Source: a virus (Duplodnaviria > Caudoviricetes). From it: a DNA stretch of 64,000 nt. Positions 41,276 through 48,778 of this stretch are shown one piece after another (position 1 is the first letter of the stretch; every line of letters begins with the position of its first letter). The notes beneath the pieces are model-generated. The model did not search any database and was not told where the DNA came from. It saw only the letters and a program-made list of their open reading frames with translations. The stretch lies in the IMG/VR virus record IMGVR_UViG_3300031994_000020; one strand, given 5' to 3'. Position numbers and translations under genes: made by a program.

Positions 41276-43117
41276 TTATCTATCATTATATAGATATATA
41301 TTCTATGCTTCATTCTAAGCACAAACGTCATTTGTTGTCCATGTAATTGATGAGCTTACAAGTGAATGGCTACCTGAAGTTGACATTGCATTTTTCATAT
41401 TTCCGCCAATACCAAAATGGATCTCTTTTCTTTTTTCACCATTTGTTGATTGAAATAAACCATCCTAAGCATTAACATTCATACCCGTCATATTAGTAAT
41501 TGTAATAATATTTTCAAAATTTTTACAATTAGCAAGCATATATCCTACACTTGGACAATTAACTGGTATTGTTAATGGTTGATTAAAATTATAACAATTT
41601 GAAAAAGTAAATGTTAATCTAACGTTACTATTTGGTAATTTTATAGGTTGGTTAAATGAATGAGCACTATTAAACATACTTGTCATATCATAAACAGTAT
41701 CAGGTATATTAATAGGCTGATTAAATGACTAAGCATTATAAAACATGTTACTTGTATTAGTAATGTTATTAGGTATATTAAAAGGTTGGTTAAATGATCG
41801 AGCATTGTAAAACATCTATGTTACTGAACATCCGTTTCCATTATTATACTATTGTATATTTAATGAAGCATTAAATGGACTATTATCAAACATCCTTTCT
41901 GTATTCTGTGCATTTTCAATATATACAGAAGAATTTAAATTACTTGAACTAAAAATACCTGATAATCTTACTGGTTTATTAGAATAAATATTAACAGAAC
42001 TATTAAAATTGTAACAGTAACCAAATGCAGAAGAACAATCAGCCTATTCAAATTTTGAATTACAATAAAAATTCATGGGTTGATTAAAATTTCTACAATT
42101 CTAAAACATTTGATAAGCATTCATTGTTTCAACATAAACAGGACTATTAAAATTAATACAATTTGTAAAACAGTATTGACTCTAAGTAACATTTTTAATA
42201 TTAACAGGACTATTAAAATTAAAGCAGTTATAAAAACAATTAACTATACTTGAATTTAGATTAATATCATCAATAATTATATCTATAGGTTGATTAAAAT
42301 TATAAGCTTCTCTAAAACAATTTACCATATTAGTTACATTATGTGGTAAATTAAGAGGTTGATTAAAATTAAAACAATTTTGAAACGTCCCCATCATCTG
42401 TAAATAAATATTATTAGTAGCATTTGATAATATAGTTATAGATGAATTAAAATTTCTACAATCATAAAGCATATTTCCTATATTCTTAACATTTTCAGGT
42501 ATTGTAATAGGCTGATTAAAATTATTACAATATCCAAATGCAGCAAATAATGATGTGCAAGTTTCTGGAAAATTTACTCTTTGATTAAAACTTTCATATT
42601 GCTACATTAAATAATCCAAATTTGTAGCGTCTTCAGCTATTGTAATAGGCATATTATAAGCATTTTGAAAACGATTCATAGGGAATGTTCCACCTATAAT
42701 AGTATTATTAGTAAAAGATATTGAAAAATCTACACTTTCACTATAAATCTAAGATTTAATATATCCTGCACTGTGTTCTATATTACTTTTTAGCTAGGTG
42801 ACCCTCTAGGAAGTACCATAATAATCTATATTAAAAAAATTATCATAATTCACAGGATTATTTTTTAAATTTGAATAAAGATAATCCATAGATGATATTA
42901 AATTTTCATTAATATACTTTTCTACTGTTATACTAGCATCAGTACCACCTGTTGTTTTTGTTAATATATGATAACGATATACAGTAGAAGATCCACCGCC
43001 AGTATTTATGTTATTAATGGCGGCCGCCATTTCAGAAGGCTTATAAGTTGTTGCAACTCCCGCCTTGCTTCTTATACTATTTGCTATATCTAAAAAGATA
43101 TTTGTTAATGTACTCAT
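41276..43117 (-). CDS. BspA/DUF285-like repeat surface or fibre protein with 13 internal TAG
   Basis: One 614-codon frame joining three ORF-track fragments; repeats of MFxNCxxFNQPIxIP. Confidence 0.8.
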
Positions 43118-43135
43118 ATTAAATACCTCCCTTCA

Positions 43136-43891
43136 TCAGAAATAAGTATCTAATACTTGAGTTATTGCTATATTTATTTGCTGATCGGTATAATCATTTG
43201 CCGCATCAATTTGTGTATCAACATAACTCTTACTTACTTTATTTCCTAATTCTGTATTGACTTTAGAACTTGACCATACTTTACTAACATCAACAGAAGT
43301 ATCATCTATTTCTGCTGCAACAGCTACTGCATCTGTTATATAATATGTTGTTCCATTAAGTTTCTCTGATGCGGGAAGTGCGTCGTACTGAGCTTTGGTC
43401 AACTCCATTGAAGGATCTTGACGTTGAGGTACCCATTGAGTACCATCCCATAAATAAAAAATCCCATCTGCAATACAATAATACATTTTTCTATCAGCAG
43501 AAGTGAATCTAGGTGGAAGATCCTCTTCAGTAGCGACTATATCATAGTTACCATCGGGACTACCTATTTCATTCCATTTTGTATCATCAAAAACCATATC
43601 TTGGTTTTCTCTTATACAACGATAAAAACAAGAAGCATATATAGCCAAATCACCATACTTATAAGTATCTCCCGCAGTCCATTCATAAATAGGAGTACCA
43701 TCATTTACAAAAGCTTGACTTTCTCTTGTTTCCCCTTCATCATTCTTCTACTCGAATGTAATTATTGATTGACCATCTTGTTTAGTTATGGATTTTACTT
43801 TACATGGTGCGCCTTTAAGACCGCCAAATTGAGCCGCAGTTTCATCTGTGTACTTTTTGGCAAGCGCATAAGCTGTAACTGATAATCCCAT
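43136..43891 (-). CDS. Tail-fibre-like protein, read through TAG 43748-43750
   Basis: MGLSVTAYALAKKYTD...ITFE(TAG)KNDEG...FYLWDGTQW...LTKAQYDAL...KVWSSSKV. Confidence 0.7.
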
Positions 43892-43905
43892 GATTCAATC
43901 CCTCC

Positions 43906-44076
43906 TTATAATAAATGATACTCTTCATCATTTCCAAGCATCTATACTGAGCTATCTTCTAATACAATAGCAGTACTACCAACGCCAACATTGGTAGGGA
44001 GATCTTCTATATCTTCAAGGGAATCAGCGACTATTTCAACAGTTCCTGACTGTCCATTTGAAATTATTTTGAACAT
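43906..44076 (-). CDS. Small structural-type protein with one TAG
   Basis: ...DIEDLPT..GVGSTAIVLEDSSV(TAG)MLGND... Confidence 0.6.
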
Positions 44077-44295
44077 AGTTTTGCCCTCCTTTATAGTTCT
44101 ACAATATATAAAAAAATGCGGGAAATGAATATCCTATTTTGCCCTAAAAAAATTCCAAACACCTATTTTGTTCCCGGTAGCCCGATCGCTTGCCGCCCAG
44201 CAGATTATTTTTCCTTAAACTAAATAAACGCCGAAGATATAAAATCTTCGGCAAATAAAAAAGCCCCAATGAACTTAATCATCAAAGCTCCCCTA

Positions 44296-44383
44296 CGCGG
44301 ATCCAGGGACTCGAACCCCGATCGCCCTTTCGAGCTACAGCGGTTTTCAGGACCGCCCTCTTAGCCAATTAGAGTAAATCCGC
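44296..44383 (-). tRNA. tRNA-Ser(TGA)
   Basis: GCGGT-CCTGAAA-ACCGC, long variable arm, G73. Confidence 0.85.
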
Positions 44384-44390
44384 AAATTAC

Positions 44391-44498
44391 AAGACTTCCA
44401 TATTTGAGCCGGGGACTGGATTCGAACCAGTATCTTCTAATTTTGTTAGATGCACTACCTTTATACTACCCTGGAAATTATTTTGCTGATGAAGTCTT
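44391..44498 (-). ncRNA. ACAGCAA-type stem RNA 3 enclosing a tRNA-like cloverleaf with a 5-nt anticodon loop
   Basis: AAGACTTCA-TCAGCAA...GAAGTCTT; cargo TCTAA-CAAAA-TTAGA and ACTGG-TTCGAAT-CCAGT. Confidence 0.7.
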
Positions 44499-44501
44499 TA
44501 A

Positions 44502-44588
44502 CGTTCGGAGCAAGATTCGAACTTGCGGACCCCGAAAGGTCCCCACATTAGCAGTGTGGTGGTTTAAACCAGGCTCACCCATCCGAAC
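44502..44588 (-). tRNA. tRNA-Ser(GCT)
   Basis: CCACA-CTGCTAA-TGTGG, long variable arm. Confidence 0.9.
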
Positions 44589-44596
44589 AGTATTAC

Positions 44597-44662
44597 TAAG
44601 CACATTATTAGGTATATTGATTAAAAGTCAATGCCATATTTAAAATTTGCTGTATGTGCTTA
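44597..44662 (-). ncRNA. ACAGCAA stem RNA 4 displaying a tRNA-Lys(UUU) anticodon stem-loop
   Basis: TAAGCACAT-ACAGCAA...ATTGA-CTTTTAA-TCAAT...ATGTGCTTA. Confidence 0.75.
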
Positions 44663-44665
44663 AAG

Positions 44666-44747
44666 TGGGCAGGGCTGGACTCGAACCAGCGAAGGCTTGC
44701 GCCAATGGGTTTACAGCCCACCGCAATTGCCACTATGCGACCTACCC
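44666..44747 (-). tRNA. tRNA-Tyr(GTA)
   Basis: GTGGG-CTGTAAA-CCCAT, long variable arm. Confidence 0.92.
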
Positions 44748-44873
44748 ATATGCCGTGCGGAACGGAAGCTAAGTCGACTCGAACAGACCACGGCTATCTT
44801 ATATTATTGAGGTTTTTATATAAGACTTAAGTCGATTTTACTAGAGTTAACCTCAATACCTCTAGAGCGATAG

Positions 44874-44991
44874 ACGGAAGGACGAGACTCGAACTCGTAT
44901 CATCAGGCCCCCTAAGCATTATAATAATTGCTGTACAAGAATATATCTAATCTCTTTTATATACTGCGCTCTACCATTAAGCTACCTTCCG
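44874..44991 (-). ncRNA. tRNA body whose anticodon loop is replaced by an ACAGCAA module (RNA 5)
   Basis: CGGAAGG/CCTTCCG acceptor, normal D and T arms, insert ...AAGAGATTAGATATATTCTTGT-ACAGCAA... Confidence 0.7.
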
Positions 44992-44993
44992 CG

Positions 44994-45085
44994 CAGGAGC
45001 TGTAGGACTCGAACCCACACCCGAGGCTTTGGACACCTCTGTCCCGGTTTTAGAGACCGGTGTGCTGCCATTACACCAAGCTCCC
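44994..45085 (-). tRNA. Amber suppressor tRNA(CUA) derived from tRNA-Trp, with a 25-nt variable arm
   Basis: CCGGT-CTCTAAA-ACCGG (anticodon at 45051-45053); acceptor GGGAGCT/AGCTCCT-G73; T-arm identical to the neighbouring tRNA-Trp. Confidence 0.93.
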
Positions 45086-45094
45086 AATTAATAG

Positions 45095-45165
45095 CAGGAG
45101 TTGTAGGACTCGAACCCACCTCTCTGGTTTTGGAGACCAGGGCACAACCCCTATACCAAACTCCC
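45095..45165 (-). tRNA. tRNA-Trp(CCA)
   Basis: CTGGT-CTCCAAA-ACCAG; acceptor GGGAGTT/AACTCCT-G73. Confidence 0.92.
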
Positions 45166-45171
45166 ATAATC

Positions 45172-45281
45172 AAGACACTATATAAGTTTGGATTCGAACC
45201 AAAATCTTTAAACTTTTACATCTAATATTCTACCTTTAAACTACTCTCCCTTTGCGGAAGCAACATCGCTGTTAGTGTCTT
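45172..45281 (-). ncRNA. ACAGCAA-type stem RNA 6 enclosing a degenerate tRNA
   Basis: AAGACACTA-ACAGCGA...TAGTGTCTT; cargo with D-like arm and TTTGG-TTCGAAT-CCAAA. Confidence 0.7.
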
Positions 45282-45445
45282 AATAATAACGGCTCAACCC
45301 GTTTTGCAGAGGATCCCCTCTGGAGTTCCCCGGCTTCTGATTTTCACAAGTACCAGGTGGTGGACCAGGAATCATAGCTACTCAAGAACTAGGCTCCGCG
45401 CGCGGTTGTTTTACTAATTCAATTTTACTATGTTCAGCCACTTTA

Positions 45446-45516
45446 GGTGCCTAGTGGGAATTGAACCCACATATGCGGTACCACAAACCGCTGTTCTACC
45501 ATTAAACTATAGACAC
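45446..45516 (-). tRNA. tRNA-His(GTG)
   Basis: GCGGT-TTGTGGT-ACCGC, C73. Confidence 0.9.
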
Positions 45517-45518
45517 AG

Positions 45519-45591
45519 TACCCAAAGTAGGATTCGAACCTACAAAAACTACGTCCTTAGCGCAGTGCGTATGCCATTCCGCCATTTGGGC
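45519..45591 (-). tRNA. tRNA-Leu(AAG), short variable loop
   Basis: CTGCG-CTAAGGA-CGTAG, Leu-type D-arm, A73. Confidence 0.8.
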
Positions 45592-45672
45592 TTATCAGCG
45601 CCTTTCTTAACCTGTCCGAAAACAGAGGTTCCTTCACTGGCAGTCCGAAAACTTCAGAGGGCTTATTTTTAG

Positions 45673-45755
45673 TGCGGGAGGCGGGATTCGAACCCGCACG
45701 GAGTCACCTCCGGGGGATTTTAAGTCCCCTGCGGCTACCTTTACGCCACTCCCGC
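45673..45755 (-). tRNA. tRNA-Leu(TAA)
   Basis: GGGGA-CTTAAAA-TCCCC, long variable arm. Confidence 0.92.
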
Positions 45756-46002
45756 ATATATCTTAACTAGACCACTCGCATCCCACCATCTTGTTTTAAA
45801 ATCAATTAGAGGTATAACGATTAAAATCTCCCTCTCTTATCATTTAATCATATGCCTAAGCCTTGTCCGTCTGTTAAGAAATAGTAAGTGCGGAAGATTA
45901 ACCGCCTCCCGCCGCGGATCCATGTATTATTTCTCCCCAGGACATTTGGGATACTGTGAATTGATTATATAGAAACCCCGAAAGGAGGACTATATTCATT
46001 TC

Positions 46003-46116
46003 AAAGCACCTTTTTTCTTTGCCCTACCTACTAGGCGATCTGCGCTAAAGTGGCGCGCGGAGCTGGACTCGAACCAGCGAAACGAGAATTAATCTCCAAT
46101 TTGCTGTAGGTGCTTT
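46003..46116 (-). ncRNA. ACAGCAA stem RNA 7 enclosing a circularly permuted tRNA (YrlA-like topology)
   Basis: AAAGCACCT-ACAGCAA...T-arm GCTGG-TTCGAGT-CCAGC, TCCGCGC-GCCA, loop, GCGCAGA, D-arm...AGGTGCTTT. Confidence 0.8.
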
Positions 46117-46118
46117 AA

Positions 46119-46189
46119 TAGCGGATGCGGGATTCGAACCCGCGTCTTCTGCGTATGAGGCAGACAAGGAACCGCTCCTCTAATCCGCG
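46119..46189 (-). tRNA. tRNA-Met(CAT), initiator-like C1 mismatch
   Basis: TCTGC-CTCATAC-GCAGA; C1 opposite U72. Confidence 0.8.
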
Positions 46190-46262
46190 ATAATATGGGC
46201 GTTTGTTTCAAGGCGGACACCCAGCCGCCAGAAAAGAGGGGAAACGAATATTGACAAACTAA

Positions 46263-46335
46263 CAGCGAGTACGGGGATCGAACCCATATCTAGTCCTTGA
46301 AAGGGACTTATCCTTGCCGATTAGAAGAACTCGCC
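46263..46335 (-). tRNA. tRNA-Glu(TTC)
   Basis: AGTCC-CTTTCAA-GGACT. Confidence 0.88.
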
Positions 46336-46657
46336 AAAATACTAGTTTTTACCTAGGGAAACTAGCAAACCTTCCACCCCACCTATACGCTCTGGGTAAG
46401 CGGTTATTTGTTATGATTTATATACCGGTCGCAAACAGGTTTTCTCCGCAATACCCGGTTAAAAATCCACGATAGCCTGCCAAGGTGGGACGCCTAAATC
46501 CCCACTATCTCACTGATGCATCAATGCGAGATTCAACTATGACGATTTTTCTCTACTTGGTTATCTACCCTTTGTGGATAAATGGGGAGATAAACTTGAC
46601 GAAAACTAGTATTCATAGGACGTTTTTCGCCCATGTCGTCGTTTATCCCTATCCCAA

Positions 46658-46730
46658 TGACGGATATTGGATTCGAACCAATGTCGCCTGGCTGAGAACC
46701 AAGCATCCTAAACCGCTAGACGAATCCGCC
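46658..46730 (-). tRNA. tRNA-Glu(CTC)
   Basis: CTTGG-TTCTCAG-CCAGG. Confidence 0.88.
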
Positions 46731-46865
46731 ATAATTTTCATTTATATTCTTTAGACTCCCAAAAGAAACCCGTGCCCGTAAAACAAAATGGAGTTGCCGG
46801 CGGTTTTTGTGCGCTGAGGAAAAACCTTTAAAAACCTCATTTTTTATAATAAACTAGCCTTAACT

Positions 46866-46961
46866 TGCGTCCAACAAGGATTCGAACCTTGACCCCCTCT
46901 TACGCTATTCCGCAGCCCGCGGCCGTAAAGGTATGCTTGTGCCACTCACACTCTCGAACAC
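46866..46961 (-). ncRNA. tRNA-like RNA with an elongated, branched anticodon arm
   Basis: Acceptor GTGTTCGA/TTGGACGC, T-arm CAAGG-TTCGAAT-CCTTG, ~35-nt arm with no 7-nt loop. Confidence 0.6.
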
Positions 46962-47133
46962 CAACTAGTTATTATCATTCAGGTGGTAGGTATTTCAGAC
47001 TCTCACCGTTATTGATTAGCCTACTCTTTTATTTATCGGATTTCTGTCAACCCTATTATTTTTTATTGCTTTCTTAACTTTCTATAAATATTATATCATA
47101 TTTTTTTATAAAAGTCAAATATGATTTTTAAAC

Positions 47134-47197
47134 TAAGCACAGTGTTTTGCATTTATAATCCCAAATTATACGCTAAAAAGATTGCTGTATGTGCTTA
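47134..47197 (-). ncRNA. ACAGCAA stem RNA 8 displaying a tRNA-Pro(UGG) anticodon stem-loop
   Basis: TAAGCACAT-ACAGCAA...TATAA-TTTGGGA-TTATA...TGTGCTTA. Confidence 0.72.
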
Positions 47198-47198
47198 A

Positions 47199-47272
47199 CG
47201 GCGATGGAGGGAATTGAACCCTCGACCTCCAGGTTGACAGCCTGGCACTCTAACCATCTGAGCTACACCGTC
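47199..47272 (-). tRNA. tRNA-Asp(GTC)
   Basis: CCAGG-CTGTCAA-CCTGG, G73. Confidence 0.9.
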
Positions 47273-47482
47273 AAATATAAGAGTTAAAGACTAGGTGGGT
47301 GGTCATATTTCAGCCACACGCTTATACTACTCAAATTCGTAAACATTCACTTCCAAATGTTCAGGCGTAGACATTTTATACCCATTTGAACCATAGTCGA
47401 ACTAACATGATGTGGGAAACCAACCTCACTCTACCTCGCCTACCTAGTCGGACGATTGGACCTGATCCGTTTCAACTCTTAA

Positions 47483-47555
47483 TTCTCATTCTGGGAATCG
47501 AACCCAGTCTCCAACCCTCTTTAGGGTCGGGTGCTTCCCATCACACTCAATGAGA
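47483..47555 (-). ncRNA. tRNA-like RNA with an 8-bp anticodon arm capped by a tetraloop
   Basis: TCTCATT/AATGAGA acceptor, CCGACCCT-AAAG-AGGGTTGG, CTGGG-TTCGATT-CCCAG. Confidence 0.65.
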
Positions 47556-48001
47556 CCGTAACTTTGCTTTTGAAAGCTACCAAAGTCAAATCGCGTTTAA
47601 TGTCTGTGGACTCTCGACAACCGCTACATTTTAGGTCTGCAACTCGACCACCATCAGCAGTTCTTTAGTGGCGCTCAACCGGAAACTGCTTATCCGACCA
47701 CCTAGCCCCGTGTTGCCCTCGAGTACTCCACTTATGAGCCGTATGTTAGTCGCTAACCACATAGCCTACTTTGACAGATTTCCTCTCTGGGAAAAGTATC
47801 ATTTCGACTTCCCAATCTGTTTATAAAGCGAGGATTAGGCTACAACCGCTTCGCTTGCAAACTAGCTTACTTTTTTTGTTGCTTCCACAGCGACCGCAAC
47901 TGGACAAACATAGCTTAATTAAACCAACTGGCATTTCAGAGACTCTTTTTGAGTTCTTCGTACTCGGGTGAGGATCTGCAATGCTCTGCCGTCTCCCAAA
48001 C

Positions 48002-48074
48002 CGCTTACTCTATCTTTTACGTCCTAGTAAGAATGGACGCTTACTCTATCTTTTATGTCCCGGCAAGAATGGAC
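48002..48074 (-). repeat. Tandem 36-nt repeat, each copy a possible H-type pseudoknot
   Basis: GTCCATTCTTRCYRGGACRTAAAAGATAGAGTAAGC, two copies. Confidence 0.75.
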
Positions 48075-48103
48075 TTAAAATATATAATAAAACTTCCTTA
48101 TAT

Positions 48104-48181
48104 TGAGCCGTCAAGGACTCGAACCTTATCTCCCGATTAGCCCACAGGTGTCTTTTTACCGCAATTAGACGATCCAACCCC
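48104..48181 (-). pseudogene. Degenerate tRNA
   Basis: D-arm GTCT..AGAC and T-arm AAGG-TTCGAGT-CCTT; poor acceptor and anticodon arms. Confidence 0.5.
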
Positions 48182-48343
48182 AGAAGTCTTATTAACTTTT
48201 TATCTTATATAAATATTATATCATATTTTTTTAAGAAAGTCAAATTTTTTATTTTCTTTATTTTATTTTCCTTTCTTAACTTTCTATAAATATTATATCA
48301 TATTTTTTTATAAAAGTCAAATATGATTTTTTAATAAAGAATA

Positions 48344-48429
48344 CGGGTGCGATAGGATTCGAACCTACATGGAGTTTCCTCGCACTGACGGGTTAACAGC
48401 CCGCTGCCAAGCCTTTTGGCGACACACCC
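48344..48429 (-). tRNA. tRNA-Asn(GTT) with an unusual long variable arm
   Basis: GCGGG-CTGTTAA-CCCGT, 19-nt variable region, G73. Confidence 0.85.
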
Positions 48430-48557
48430 AATTAATAATGCAGACGTTACCACCGCTGCCACCAAAGAATAACTTTCCCAACCTCGTGCACAGGTTGCTC
48501 TGGCCCCCAACTATTAGTTGTTCAGAAAGTTTTTCATGCTACACTTACAAAAGCAAG

Positions 48558-48628
48558 TACGGGATGGTAGAATTGAACTACCTCAGCCACCTTATCAGAG
48601 TGGAAAGCTACCATTACATCAATCCCGC
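48558..48628 (-). tRNA. tRNA-Ile(GAT)
   Basis: CCACT-CTGATAA-GGTGG, A73. Confidence 0.85.
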
Positions 48629-48778
48629 AGATGCTGCGTTAGTTTAACGACCAACCCCGCAGCTAGTTGTCCAATCTACCGCGAAAATATAAGATAAATG
48701 AAAATATTTTATTTTCTTCTTTCTTTATCTTATATAAATATTATATCATATTTTTTTATAAAAGTCAAATAAAATCTT

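Noticed and set aside
44994-45085. Standard code 15 (TAG=Gln), or a pyrrolysine/selenocysteine tRNA
   Set aside because: The tRNA body matches the adjacent tRNA-Trp, not tRNA-Gln or tRNA-Pyl; most informative TAG sites are Trp positions; no pyl or sel genes are seen.
35101-47197. ACAGCAA elements as intrinsic terminators or CRISPR-like repeats
   Set aside because: Loops are 40-90 nt with structured cargo, there is no consistent U-tract, and the stems co-vary rather than repeat.
44404-48647. ORF-track ORFs across the tRNA clusters (also 3224-3409 and 37768-38181)
   Set aside because: They overlap tRNA or ncRNA genes, lack RBS and have no protein-like features.
34985-48700. Theta (HDV-like) ribozymes at tRNA 3' ends
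   Set aside because: Looked for them because they occur in recoded phages, but I could not identify the nested double pseudoknot by eye; needs a motif search.
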